Shown here: one piece after another, positions 37,129-47,086 of the stretch | How the letters are laid out: each line of letters begins with the position of its first letter | Numbering within the stretch: position 1 is the first letter of the stretch | Assembly: GCA_964631835.1 (NCBI GenBank) | Contig: CAZWAD010000001.1 | Span: forward strand, 114,216-178,215 | DNA: 64,000 nt | Reading direction: 5' to 3' | Source of the DNA: an uncultured Chitinophaga sp. | GTDB lineage: Bacteria > Bacteroidota > Bacteroidia > Chitinophagales > LD1 | The notes under the pieces: model-generated | What the model saw: the letters and a program-made list of their open reading frames with translations, nothing else | What the model was told of the DNA's origin: nothing | Database searches by the model: none | Position numbers and translations under genes: made by a program

Positions 37129-37827
37129 ATGCAACCCGGCAAACTTTTCCTTATTCCTTCTTTTTTAGGCGAAGACAATCCGGCTGTTATTCCGCAGCAG
37201 GTGAAAGATGCGGTTCAGGGGCTCCATGAATTTATTGTGGAAGATGCCCGCACCGCCCGCAGGTTTTTACGCGCCATCGGCTACAAGAAAAATTTCGATA
37301 CCGAAGTTACTATTCACGAATTAGATAAACATGCCGCAAAACAGGATTGCGAAAAACTTCTGAAAAATGTTTTGACAGGAAAAAACTGCGGCATTATTTC
37401 CGAAGCCGGTAACCCCTGCATTGCCGACCCCGGAAATGAGCTGGTGGCTTTTGCGCATAAAAAAAATATTGAAGTAATTCCGCTGGTTGGTCCCTCCTCC
37501 ATTCTTCTCGCATTAGTTGCTTCGGGTTTTAACGGACAGCAATTTACGTTTCACGGCTACCTGCCTGTTAAAGAACCGGAGCGCAGCAGTAAAATAAAAA
37601 AGCTGGCAGCAGCAATTGAAAAGGGAACGCAAATATTTATGGAAGTTCCTTACCGGAATCAAAAACTGCTGGAAGATATTTTGAAAGCCTGCGGGGATAA
37701 CCTTTCGCTATGCATAGCCTGCGACCTCACTCTTCCTTCGCAATTCATTAAAACAAAAACAGTAAAGGACTGGAGGAAAGAAAAACCGGAGTTGAACAAG
37801 CGGTATTGTATTTTTCTTTTCGGGTAA
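37129..37827 (+). CDS. SAM-dependent methyltransferase, tetrapyrrole-methylase fold (RsmI/YraL-like)
   Basis: LFLIPSFLG start, SEAG.P.I.DPG motif, PGPSS-like VGPSS. Confidence 0.75.
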   Translation: MQPGKLFLIPSFLGEDNPAVIPQQVKDAVQGLHEFIVEDARTARRFLRAIGYKKNFDTEVTIHELDKHAAKQDCEKLLKNVLTGKNCGIISEAGNPCIADPGNELVAFAHKKNIEVIPLVGPSSILLALVASGFNGQQFTFHGYLPVKEPERSSKIKKLAAAIEKGTQIFMEVPYRNQKLLEDILKACGDNLSLCIACDLTLPSQFIKTKTVKDWRKEKPELNKRYCIFLFG

Positions 37828-38454
37828 CTACTCACTAAAATACAACGCACTCACCGGGTCGCTCCATAACCCGAACTGCTCGTCTTTTTTTATTCCAACG
37901 GCCATAAACCACACGCGCACCACGGTGCCCGGTACATAATTTTCGGGTTTGTAATACAGCGGGCTGTAAAAGCGTATGCCCAGGCTTTTCCATTCGCCCT
38001 GGGTTATGCGCTCGGCAACCTTTACTCGAAACTCCATAGCCTGCACGCCCTTCTTTTTAAACCTTACTTCAATCATTTCGCCACCCATAACAGCTTTAAG
38101 TTTTGGTTTGTATTCGCGCGCATCGGCATGTATGGGGTGCGACATCACCCTGAGGTCGGCTGCAGAACTATCCTGAAATGCAGGCGAAGCCTTCATTTTA
38201 TTGATGATGTGGCGCAGGGGGCGCAGGTGCGTTGTACGCATCTGCTGCTTTTTGTTTACTGCGGCTTTGGAGGCCGCGCGCGCTTGGTAAGCGGCATGAA
38301 TTTGAGCCGTGTATTCATCGCAAAGTTGTTGGGCATTGGTAATGTCGGTTGCAGTAAGCCCCAAACCGGGTCCATGGTCCGAAATTTTTTCACGCAGGTT
38401 CAAAAGCCATTGGTTTAGTTCCTGGTCGGGTATAGGAGCGAAATCTTTAGCCAT
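37828..38454 (-). CDS. hypothetical protein (orphan, 208 aa; helical N-half, beta-rich C-half)
   Basis: Clean ORF with protein-like composition. No family recognised. Confidence 0.55.
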   Translation of the reverse strand: MAKDFAPIPDQELNQWLLNLREKISDHGPGLGLTATDITNAQQLCDEYTAQIHAAYQARAASKAAVNKKQQMRTTHLRPLRHIINKMKASPAFQDSSAADLRVMSHPIHADAREYKPKLKAVMGGEMIEVRFKKKGVQAMEFRVKVAERITQGEWKSLGIRFYSPLYYKPENYVPGTVVRVWFMAVGIKKDEQFGLWSDPVSALYFSE

Positions 38455-38499
38455 TTTATGGTGTTTTTGTGGATTTAGCGCAATGATACGAAGTTTTTC

Positions 38500-38760
38500 A
38501 AAGGCAGTATAACATTTATTGCTTTTATTTATAAAAAAATGGTACTCGTTTTTAAAATTTTTGAAGTCATTTTTAAAATTTATATTGTCATTAAAAAATA
38601 AATTGTTTACAATTTATTTTATATTATAAGCAATGCAAAAAACTTTGAAATTTCAATTATATATGTATAAGGAAATATAAATTATAAAGTAGTATGTTTA
38701 TTTATAAATGTTATCTTTATAATTATTATTTATGGCAATTAAATATTAATTGCTATTGTA
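38500..38760. other. extremely AT-rich non-coding tract upstream of the 37828..38454 gene
   Basis: Hand count of 38521..38760 gives 35 G/C in 240 nt (about 15 percent). Confidence 0.9.
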
Positions 38761-39000
38761 AACTCCTCCCACAACCCGCATTAATCTTTCCGCCATGCTG
38801 CATTCTTCATGTATGGCATGAATAAACCCTGCTCATGCGTTTTACCCAGTGGGTATCTGCCTGTTTCGTGAAAAAATTATCTGCCGCTTACGCCTTAGCT
38901 GCCCGCGGTAACGGCTCGCAGCTTAATAACAGCCTTCCGCAAAAATGCACTTGTCATCTCCGAATGTTGTTTGTTCATTTGCCCGCGTAATTCAACGGCT

Positions 39001-40119
39001 ATGAACAAAAAGCTTCTCTTCATTATTCCCGTGGTGCTGATTACCATTGGGCTGGTCGGCTTTGTTTCGTGCAACCGCACCAAAACCATCAAACCCGAGC
39101 GCAAATCCATTACCGAGGCGGTGTATGCCAGCGGATTCCTGGTGCCGAAAAACGAATACAAGGTGTTTGCCCTGGGCGATGGATACATTACGGCCAAGTA
39201 TAAAGAAGGAGGCGATACGGTAAAAAAAGGCGAAACTATTTTCCGGATTCAGAGCGATGCTGCGGCAGCCCGCCTAAGCGCGGCAGCGGCAGGGCTGGAA
39301 TTTGCCAAACAAAACAGCGAAGACAACTCACCGGTGCTCACCGATTTGAAAAACAAAATAAAAAGCGCGGAAGCGAAATTCAAAAACGACTCGCTCAATT
39401 ACATCCGCTTCAAAAATATGTTCGATGCGCAGGCGGTAACCCGTGCGCAGTTCGACCAGGCAGCGCTGGCTTACGAAGTTTCTGGCAACGATTTAAAATC
39501 GGCTAAAGAAATTTTCAACCGCACCCGCGACCAGCTTCGCGTAGAAGTAAAAAACGCCCAAAGCGCTGCTGCGGCTTCCGGGTTAGATTTTTCCAACTAC
39601 CAAATTAAAAGCCTGCTCGATGGAATAGTTTACGATACCTACAAGGACCTGGGCGAAGCCGTACGCAGAAACGAACTGGTGGCTGTTGTTGGTGAAGCGG
39701 GCGATAAAATACTGGAGCTTTCGGTTGACCAAAGCGATATTGCAAAAGTAAAATTAGGGCAGCAGGTGGTGGTGAAGATGGACGTAACCGGCAGCAAAAT
39801 TTACAAAGCGCAGGTAAGCAAAATTTACCCCGGTATGAACCAGAGCGACCAGAGTTTTAAAGTGGAAGCGGTATTCACCGAAAGCTACGGGCTTAATTTT
39901 GTTCACGCCAGCGTAGAAGCCAACATCATTATTGCTGAAAAAGACAACGCCCTCATACTGCCCAAAAACGTAGTATCGGCAAGCGATGAAGTAGAGGTGA
40001 AAAGCATGGGCATGAATAAAAAAGTAAAAATCAAGCGCGGGCTTGAGAACCTGGAATTTGTGGAAGTAGCCGAAGGGCTGAAAGAAACCGATGAAATAGT
40101 GCTTCCCAAGACAAAATAA
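39001..40119 (+). CDS. efflux transporter periplasmic adaptor subunit (HlyD/MFP family)
   Basis: Start moved to MNKKLLFI at 39001. Membrane anchor, long alanine-rich coiled-coil hairpin, and beta-barrel C-terminus. Confidence 0.85.
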   Translation: MNKKLLFIIPVVLITIGLVGFVSCNRTKTIKPERKSITEAVYASGFLVPKNEYKVFALGDGYITAKYKEGGDTVKKGETIFRIQSDAAAARLSAAAAGLEFAKQNSEDNSPVLTDLKNKIKSAEAKFKNDSLNYIRFKNMFDAQAVTRAQFDQAALAYEVSGNDLKSAKEIFNRTRDQLRVEVKNAQSAAAASGLDFSNYQIKSLLDGIVYDTYKDLGEAVRRNELVAVVGEAGDKILELSVDQSDIAKVKLGQQVVVKMDVTGSKIYKAQVSKIYPGMNQSDQSFKVEAVFTESYGLNFVHASVEANIIIAEKDNALILPKNVVSASDEVEVKSMGMNKKVKIKRGLENLEFVEVAEGLKETDEIVLPKTK

Positions 40120-40122
40120 AAG

Positions 40123-41382
40123 ATGAAGCTGAGTGTAAACTTTGAAATAGCCAAAATCCACCTCCTCGCCAAAAAACGGCAAACGTTCATTGCCATGCTC
40201 GGAGTAACCTTTGGCATTGGCATGTATATTCTTATGATTAGTTTCATGCAGGGCTTCAATGAATTTCTGGAAGATACGCTGCTTTCCTCCACACCCGACA
40301 TTCGCATTTACAACGACATAAAAACCGACTTCAGCCACTCCATACTCGATGAAATTTCCGATACCGCCAAAACGCTCAACGTGGTTCACCACCCCAAGCC
40401 CAAAGATATTACCCCCAACCTGAAAAACGCCCAGGGTATTTTAGACGATTTAAAAAAAGATGAAAGGATTCTTGCCATCAGCCCCCAGCTTTCTACTCAG
40501 GTATTTTATGTAAACGGCCCGGCACAAATCAACGGCACACTCAGCGGAGTCAATGTTCTGGAAGAAGCCCAGCTCACCGGTCTTTACGATAAAATGAAAA
40601 CCGGAAAAATCGAAAACCTCCTCACCATCGACAACGGAATACTGATGGGTCACGGGCTCGCCAACAAACTGAATGTGCACGTGGGCGATATTGTAACCCT
40701 CGCCACTCCCAAAGGAACAGCCATGCGTTTCCGCATTGTAGGAACCTTCCAGTTCGGAATCGGCTCGCTCGATAACATCAAAAGCTACGTCAACCTCTCA
40801 AAAGTTCAGCAACTGGTCGGAAAAGACAACCAGTATGTTACCGATATCGGAATAAAACTGAAGAACTACGACCTCGCCACCGAAATGGCAGCCGAGTTCG
40901 CCCACCGCTACAACTACAAAGCCGATGACTGGAAAACCACCAACGCCAGCGCCATGGTTTCTATCCTGATTCGTAATGTGATGACCTTCGTGGTGTCGTT
41001 CACCCTTTTGGTTGTTGCCGGCTTTGGCATCTACAACATCATGAGCATGACCATCCAGAACAAGCTGAAAGATATTGCCATTCTGAAAGCGCAGGGCTTC
41101 GCCTCGCGCGACATCCGCCAGATATTTTTGACCGAAAGCATTACCATAGGAGTAATGGGCGCTTTCACCGGTCTGGTTCTCGGCTTCATTCTCAGCAGCC
41201 TGGTTTACAATCTGCCGTTTCCTAAAAACGAGTTTATCAGCATTACTCACTTTCCGGTGGTGTTTCATGTAAGGCATTATGCCTTTGGCGTAGGGTTTGG
41301 AATAATTACCACCTTGTTTGCCGGGCTTATGCCTGCTGTCCGCGCAGGAAAAATTGACCCGGTAGAAATTTTAAGAGGATAG
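40123..41382 (+). CDS. ABC transporter permease, FtsX/MacB-LolE type
   Basis: TM1, a large periplasmic domain, then a three-TM FtsX module (LKAQGF...I...F). Confidence 0.88.
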   Translation: MKLSVNFEIAKIHLLAKKRQTFIAMLGVTFGIGMYILMISFMQGFNEFLEDTLLSSTPDIRIYNDIKTDFSHSILDEISDTAKTLNVVHHPKPKDITPNLKNAQGILDDLKKDERILAISPQLSTQVFYVNGPAQINGTLSGVNVLEEAQLTGLYDKMKTGKIENLLTIDNGILMGHGLANKLNVHVGDIVTLATPKGTAMRFRIVGTFQFGIGSLDNIKSYVNLSKVQQLVGKDNQYVTDIGIKLKNYDLATEMAAEFAHRYNYKADDWKTTNASAMVSILIRNVMTFVVSFTLLVVAGFGIYNIMSMTIQNKLKDIAILKAQGFASRDIRQIFLTESITIGVMGAFTGLVLGFILSSLVYNLPFPKNEFISITHFPVVFHVRHYAFGVGFGIITTLFAGLMPAVRAGKIDPVEILRG

Positions 41383-41383
41383 C

Positions 41384-42058
41384 ATGAAAGTTCTCGAAGC
41401 CCGCAAACTGAACAAATACTTCCACGAGCCCGAGGAGTTCCATGTGCTGAAGGATGTTTCCTTTGAAGTAAAGCGCGGTGAGTTTATCTCTGTGGTTGGA
41501 AAGTCCGGCTGCGGAAAGTCCACCTTGCTTTATCTTATTTCCACCCTCGATACCGACTATACCGGTGAGATTTTCATCAATAACCGGAAAGTAACCGGGC
41601 TTACGCAGAACGAGCTGGCGCATTTCCGGAACGAACATATCGGCTTTGTGTTCCAGTTTCATTTCCTGCTCCCCGAATTTTCTGCGTTGAAGAATGTTAT
41701 GCTGCCGGCTGAAAAACTCGGCAAGTACTCTAAAAGCGAAATCGAGGACCGCGCCTATGAAAAACTCAGGTGGCTCGATATGGATAAGTTTGCGCTGAAA
41801 CTGTCGAGTAAATTATCGGGCGGGCAGCAGCAGCGCGTGGCTATTGCCCGTGCGCTTATCAATGACCCCACCATCATCATGGGCGATGAGCCCACCGGTA
41901 ATCTCGACTCGGTAAACTCCGACCTTGTTTTTGAAATTATGAAAGACCTCTCGAAAAGCCGGGGGCAAACGGTTATATCCGTTACGCACGATACCGATTT
42001 TGCCGCAGCCAGCGACCGGGTAATTGAAATGAAAGACGGAGAAATTATCAGCCAATGA
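41384..42058 (+). CDS. ABC transporter ATP-binding protein (MacB/LolD type)
   Basis: Walker A GKSGCGKST, signature LSGGQQQRVAIARAL, Walker B IIMGDEPTGNLD. Confidence 0.93.
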   Translation: MKVLEARKLNKYFHEPEEFHVLKDVSFEVKRGEFISVVGKSGCGKSTLLYLISTLDTDYTGEIFINNRKVTGLTQNELAHFRNEHIGFVFQFHFLLPEFSALKNVMLPAEKLGKYSKSEIEDRAYEKLRWLDMDKFALKLSSKLSGGQQQRVAIARALINDPTIIMGDEPTGNLDSVNSDLVFEIMKDLSKSRGQTVISVTHDTDFAAASDRVIEMKDGEIISQ

Positions 42059-43065
42059 AACTAAAGGAAGAAACAAAAATTGCCATTGGCATTATCGGCA
42101 CCATCTATTTAGTGTTTATGGTGGTTAAAACTTTTTTCTTTCTCGACCAGTCCATCGGCTTCCATGTTATTACCAGTGTAGCGGGCCTGGTTTTTATCGG
42201 GGTGTTCGGCTATATGGTGCGCGCTATTGATTTGTACCTGGATAAAATTTACCCCTTCGAGAAAAATGTTTTTAAAAGAATTCTCATTCAGTTTTTAACT
42301 ACCCTTCTGGTGCTTCTCGCCATACGCCTTATTCCTTACTTTATTTTCAAGGACAGAATTCCCATTCACCCGAGCCGGGAATTGTGGGTAGCCACTTTTG
42401 CCATCAACATTTTTATGGTGCTCAGTGTTATCCTTTCCATTTTCGGCTATCACTTTTTTGTCCGCTGGAAACAGGGGAAAATTTTAGCGGCAGAACTGGA
42501 AAAGGAAAAAGCACAGGTTCAATACGATAATCTGAAAAACCAGCTTAACCCGCACTTTCTTTTCAACTCACTTTCATCCCTTAACTCTTTAATTTTTGAA
42601 AACCCGCAGCTTGCTTCCGACTTTCTGCAGCAGTTGAGCAAAGTTTACCGCTATGTACTGGAGAATAAGGAAAAGAATTTAGTGAGTGTTGAAACCGAAG
42701 TGCGCTTTGTAAATCATTATGTGCAGTTGCTGAAAACACGGTTTGAGGGCTCATTACAGGTAAGGTTCAATTTAAGCGAAGAAGCCAGGGAAAAAAAAAT
42801 TGTTCCGGTTACTTTGCAGGTGCTGTTGGAAAACGCGGTAAAGCATAATGTTGTTTCCTCAGTTTCGCCATTAACGGTTGAAGTACTCAGCGAAAATGAG
42901 TTTTTAGTGGTGAAAAATAATTTACAAAAGAAGGACGTAATAGAAATATCGAACGGACAGGGTTTGGATAACCTGAAAAACCTTTACCGTTATCTGAGCA
43001 AGGTCCCGGTGGAAATAAAAGAACACGGAAAAGAGTTTACTGTAAAAATTCCTTTACTGACATGA
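42055..43065 (+). CDS. sensor histidine kinase, LytS/YehU type (His_kinase PF06580-like)
   Basis: Membrane-only N-terminus, then LKNQLNPHFLFNSLSSL and LLENAVKHN. Confidence 0.88.
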   Translation: MKLKEETKIAIGIIGTIYLVFMVVKTFFFLDQSIGFHVITSVAGLVFIGVFGYMVRAIDLYLDKIYPFEKNVFKRILIQFLTTLLVLLAIRLIPYFIFKDRIPIHPSRELWVATFAINIFMVLSVILSIFGYHFFVRWKQGKILAAELEKEKAQVQYDNLKNQLNPHFLFNSLSSLNSLIFENPQLASDFLQQLSKVYRYVLENKEKNLVSVETEVRFVNHYVQLLKTRFEGSLQVRFNLSEEAREKKIVPVTLQVLLENAVKHNVVSSVSPLTVEVLSENEFLVVKNNLQKKDVIEISNGQGLDNLKNLYRYLSKVPVEIKEHGKEFTVKIPLLT

Positions 43066-43829
43066 AAGCGGTAATTATAGAAGACGAAACTTTGGTAGCG
43101 AAAAACCTTCAGCGTATGCTGAAACAGGTTGACCCGCAAGTGGAGATTTTGGCGGTACTCCCTTCCGTTTTCGCTTCTGTAAATTGGCTGAAAGAAAATC
43201 CAGCGCCCGATTTAATCTTTATGGATATTCAGCTGAGTGATGGGGTGAGTTTCGATATTTTTAATAAAACCAGGATTGAAAGCCCGGTCATCTTCACTAC
43301 TGCTTATAATGAATATGCTATCCGCGCTTTTAAAGTAAACAGCGTAGATTATTTGCTCAAACCGATTGATAAGGAGCAACTGCAAAACGCACTGGAAAAG
43401 TTCAGGAAATATTTTGGCATAAAGAACGAAGCGATGAGTGGTCGGTTTAAGACCATGCTCGAAAACCTTCAGAAAAAGAACGCGCCAAAATTCCGGGAGC
43501 GTTTTCTTGCTCACTATAAGTCAGGAATTGTTCCGGTTCAGGAAAACCGTGTTTCTTATTTTATTAAGGATACGATTATTTATTTGGTGACAAGTGAAAA
43601 TGAAAAACTGGTTACCGACTACAATACCATTGATGAAATTGAAGAAACCGCTGACCCTGAAAAATTCTTCCGCGCCAACCGGCAAACGATTATCTATATT
43701 GACTCGATAGATACTTACAAAAAGCACGATACCGGAAAAATTGAAGTTCATCTGAAGTGCGATAAAAACATGCGCATAGATGTGAGCCGTGAAAAGGCGA
43801 ATGCTTTTGTGGAATGGGTTGATAAATAA
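43062..43829 (+). CDS. LytTR-family response regulator
   Basis: Receiver domain (DLIFMDIQLSDG) plus a C-terminal LytTR DNA-binding domain. Confidence 0.9.
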   Translation: MKAVIIEDETLVAKNLQRMLKQVDPQVEILAVLPSVFASVNWLKENPAPDLIFMDIQLSDGVSFDIFNKTRIESPVIFTTAYNEYAIRAFKVNSVDYLLKPIDKEQLQNALEKFRKYFGIKNEAMSGRFKTMLENLQKKNAPKFRERFLAHYKSGIVPVQENRVSYFIKDTIIYLVTSENEKLVTDYNTIDEIEETADPEKFFRANRQTIIYIDSIDTYKKHDTGKIEVHLKCDKNMRIDVSREKANAFVEWVDK

Positions 43830-43838
43830 ATCGGCAAA

Positions 43839-44390
43839 ATGAAAGTTGAAGAAGCGATTAAAGTGTTTGAAGCGGTTTCTGCTGATGCTGAAAAGCTTTT
43901 CGGAAACCTTTCCCCGCAACAACTGAACTGGAAACCTTCTGTCGAAAAATGGAGCATCGCCCAATGCCTCGACCATCTGATGGTTTCCAACATTACTTTT
44001 TATCCGCAACTGGAGTCGGTGATTTCAGGAAAACACAAAAACAGTTTTTATCAAAACATCCGATTAATTTCACGCTTCTTTGGCAATTACCTGATTCGCG
44101 AAACAGGACCTGTTGTAAACAAACCACAAAGAAATCCTCCCGTCTGGACTCCTGCACAAAGTGATTTGTCGCCCACAATTATTTCTGATTTTTTAAAACA
44201 TCAGCAAGAGTTTTCTTGGCTAATCCGGCAATTGGAACATGTAAATCTGGATTCTACCGTAATCAGTTCTCCTGCATTAGCAATAATTACTTACAACCTG
44301 AATGATGCACTCACTATTCTTGCAGGACATGAGCAGCGGCATCTGCTACAGGCAAAAAACGTGTTGAACCATCCGTCATTTCCTAGGTAA
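43839..44390 (+). CDS. DinB-family protein
   Basis: Four-helix-bundle pattern with W..KPS.EKWSI.QCLDHL and GHEQRHL. Confidence 0.8.
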   Translation: MKVEEAIKVFEAVSADAEKLFGNLSPQQLNWKPSVEKWSIAQCLDHLMVSNITFYPQLESVISGKHKNSFYQNIRLISRFFGNYLIRETGPVVNKPQRNPPVWTPAQSDLSPTIISDFLKHQQEFSWLIRQLEHVNLDSTVISSPALAIITYNLNDALTILAGHEQRHLLQAKNVLNHPSFPR

Positions 44391-44448
44391 CATTTGTTAC
44401 CAATTAGAGTTACATTTTTTGCCAACTTTGCAACTGAAAAGCTGAAGT

Positions 44449-45846
44449 ATGAAAGTTGAACAAATATATACGGGCTGCCTCGCTGAAGCAGCATACTATA
44501 TTGAGTCGGAGGGTGAAGCAGCTATTATAGACCCGCTTCGCGAAACCGCGCCCTACATTAAGCGCGCTGAAAAAGACAATGCTAAAATCAAATACATTTT
44601 CGAAACACACTTCCATGCTGATTTTGTTTCGGGACATGTGGAGCTTTCGCAAAAAACCGGAGCAAAAATTGTTTATGGTCCAAATGCCGAATGTGGCTTT
44701 GATGCCCATATTGCAAAAGACGGGGAGGAGTTTTCAATAGGAAAATTGAAACTTAAGGTTCTGCATACTCCCGGCCATACTCCCGAATCGTCAACCTATC
44801 TTTTGTTTGACGAAAATGGAAAAGAGCATTGTATTTTCACCGGTGACACGCTATTCATTGGTGATGTTGGTCGCCCCGATTTGGCAATTAAGTCTGATGT
44901 TACAGAAAAAGATTTAGCCGGAATGCTTTACGATTCACTGCGCAATAGAATCATGAAATTACCGGATGATGTAATTGTGTACCCCGCTCACGGAGCTGGT
45001 TCACCTTGCGGCAAAAGCATGAGCAGGGAAACTTCCGATACTCTTGGCAATCAGAAGAAATTCAATTACGCGCTTCGCAATGTTTCAAAGGAGGAGTTTA
45101 TCAGGGAAGTAACTACGGGGTTGCTTCCTCCGCCACAATATTTTTCTAAAAATGCCTTGCTCAACAAACACGGTGCGGGAAAATTAGACGAAGTGTATGA
45201 ACAGTCTCTTAAAAAATTTTCTCCGGAAGAATTTGAAGAGGTGGCAGAAAGCGCACATGCTCTTGTGCTGGACACACGCAATGCTGAGGACTTTTCAAAA
45301 GGCTTTATTCCCAATTCCATAAACATCAGTCTCGATGGGCAGTTTGCTATTTGGGTCGGCACTTTAATTCCCGATTTAGGCCAGCCGGTTCTGTTGGTTT
45401 GCGAGGAAGGAAGAGAGCGGGAAACCATTATGCGCTTAGCCCGCGTAGGTTACGACAATACGCTCGGCTATTTGAACAGAGGAATTGCCGCATGGAAAAA
45501 TTCTGGCAGAGAACTCGATTTCATAAAATCCATTTCAGCCAATGAATTCGCCCAAAAATACACCGAAGAGCTAAACATACTTGATGTGCGCAAACCTGGG
45601 GAATATGAGGGCGGGCATGTCGTAAATGCTGAAAACAAACCTCTTGATTTTATCAATGAATGGACAAATGAAGTTTACAGAGGCAAAACATATTTTATTC
45701 ATTGCACCGGTGGTTACCGCTCCATGACAGCCGCCTCCATTTTAAAATCAAGAGGGTTTGAAAATGTAATCAATATATCGGATGGGTTTAATTCTATCTC
45801 ATTAACCGGTATACCAAAAACAAATCTTGTTCACGAAAAACGATAG
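44449..45846 (+). CDS. MBL-fold persulfide-dioxygenase-like domain fused to two rhodanese domains (CstB-like layout)
   Basis: THFHADFVSGH and HTPGHTPES metal sites. Two rhodanese-like segments follow, and the second carries active-site CTGGYRS. Confidence 0.85.
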   Translation: MKVEQIYTGCLAEAAYYIESEGEAAIIDPLRETAPYIKRAEKDNAKIKYIFETHFHADFVSGHVELSQKTGAKIVYGPNAECGFDAHIAKDGEEFSIGKLKLKVLHTPGHTPESSTYLLFDENGKEHCIFTGDTLFIGDVGRPDLAIKSDVTEKDLAGMLYDSLRNRIMKLPDDVIVYPAHGAGSPCGKSMSRETSDTLGNQKKFNYALRNVSKEEFIREVTTGLLPPPQYFSKNALLNKHGAGKLDEVYEQSLKKFSPEEFEEVAESAHALVLDTRNAEDFSKGFIPNSINISLDGQFAIWVGTLIPDLGQPVLLVCEEGRERETIMRLARVGYDNTLGYLNRGIAAWKNSGRELDFIKSISANEFAQKYTEELNILDVRKPGEYEGGHVVNAENKPLDFINEWTNEVYRGKTYFIHCTGGYRSMTAASILKSRGFENVINISDGFNSISLTGIPKTNLVHEKR

Positions 45847-45852
45847 TCAGTT

Positions 45853-46569
45853 ATGAACTTCAGAAATTTTGCAACTCTTCTTTTTCTCAGTCTTTTTATG
45901 TCTTGTAACAGCCAGAACTCATCTGTAAAAAATATTAACCCGGCAGAATTCGAGAAAGGAATCACACAACCAAATGCGCAATTAGTTGATGTGCGAACTC
46001 CAGAAGAATATTCCGAAAAAAGGATTTTAAACTCGCAGAACATTAATATTAATGATGCGCTTTTTGAAAAACACATGAGCCAGCTAGATAAATCAAAACC
46101 GCTTTATGTTTATTGTTTGGTAGGGGGCAGAAGCGGCAGGGCCGCTGATTGGGCGGTGAAAAACGGTTTTAAGGAAGTTTACAATCTGAACGGTGGAATA
46201 TCGGCTTGGATAGGGGAGAAAAAACCAATTGAAACATCGGTTACCGAAGAGAAAACCGCAGGTATGAGTTTCGATGATTATCTCAGCCATATTAAGGCAA
46301 GTAATAAATTAGTAGTGGTTGATTTTAATGCCGTTTGGTGCGGGCCATGCAAAATACTGAAGCCGATTGTGCAGAGGCAGGTGAGAAAAAATTCAGCTTC
46401 GGTTGAGTTGTTTGAAATTGACGTTGACAAAAACCCCAATGTGGCAAACACCATGAACATTCGTTCTATTCCGCTTTTATTGCTATACAAGAACGGAAAA
46501 GAAGTCTGGCGAAGTTTAGGACTGATAGAAGAAGGTGTTCTCGCTGAAAAAATTAAAGAGTTTTCGTAG
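45853..46569 (+). CDS. lipoprotein-signal rhodanese-thioredoxin fusion
   Basis: Lipobox-like LFMSC, rhodanese loop YCLVGGRSGRA, thioredoxin WCGPC. Confidence 0.85.
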   Translation: MNFRNFATLLFLSLFMSCNSQNSSVKNINPAEFEKGITQPNAQLVDVRTPEEYSEKRILNSQNININDALFEKHMSQLDKSKPLYVYCLVGGRSGRAADWAVKNGFKEVYNLNGGISAWIGEKKPIETSVTEEKTAGMSFDDYLSHIKASNKLVVVDFNAVWCGPCKILKPIVQRQVRKNSASVELFEIDVDKNPNVANTMNIRSIPLLLLYKNGKEVWRSLGLIEEGVLAEKIKEFS

Positions 46570-46656
46570 CTGTTTATTTTTACAATAGGGCACAAGCACA
46601 AAGAAATTAAGCCCTGGCTTTTCCCTTGATGTATTTGTGTAACTATTTTCGCACCC

Positions 46657-46926
46657 ATGAAATACTACAAAATTACGGTTCAGGGAAAAGTGCAGGGTGT
46701 TTTCTTTCGCTCCTCAGCCAAGAAAATGGCTGATGCTCTTGCGGTAAAAGGTTTTGTGCGCAACGAACCTAATGGTGATGTATATATTGAAGCAGAAGCC
46801 GATGAGAAAATGCTCGTAAAATTTGTAGAATGGTGCCATCAGGGTCCCGTGAATGCCGAAGTAGCACATGTTTCCATTAAAGAAGGTTTTTTCCAAAACT
46901 TTAAAACGTTTGAAATTATACGGTGA
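46657..46926 (+). CDS. acyP: acylphosphatase
   Basis: VQGKVQGVFFR and GFVRN motifs. 89 aa. Confidence 0.88.
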   Translation: MKYYKITVQGKVQGVFFRSSAKKMADALAVKGFVRNEPNGDVYIEAEADEKMLVKFVEWCHQGPVNAEVAHVSIKEGFFQNFKTFEIIR

Positions 46927-46961
46927 GTAAACATTTTGCTATTTATTTCTACTTTAGCCCT

Positions 46962-47024
46962 ATGTTATTCGTTCAAAACACCTGTTGTTGTCTTTCCCGG
47001 TGGGGTATAGAAGATGTTTTGTAA
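46962..47024 (+). CDS. putative cysteine leader peptide MLFVQNTCCCLSRWGIEDVL
   Basis: A 20-codon ORF with TGT TGT TGT at 46983..46991. It lies 27 nt upstream of an intrinsic terminator and directly upstream of cysE-cysK. Confidence 0.55.
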   Translation: MLFVQNTCCCLSRWGIEDVL

Positions 47025-47050
47025 TAACTGACAAGCGATAAAAACATTTT

Positions 47051-47086
47051 AAAACCCTTCTCTTGACGAAGGGTTTTTTATTTTTT
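47051..47086 (+). terminator. intrinsic terminator (attenuator) upstream of cysE
   Basis: AAAACCCTTC-TCTTGAC-GAAGGGTTTT followed by TTATTTTTT. Confidence 0.8.

Noticed and set aside
36790-37134. A 114-aa minus-strand ORF spanning the PBP1A 3' end and the following spacer.
   Set aside because: It overlaps the PBP1A C-terminus and a purine-rich low-complexity spacer. The plus-strand -1 frame extension is the more interesting reading of this DNA.
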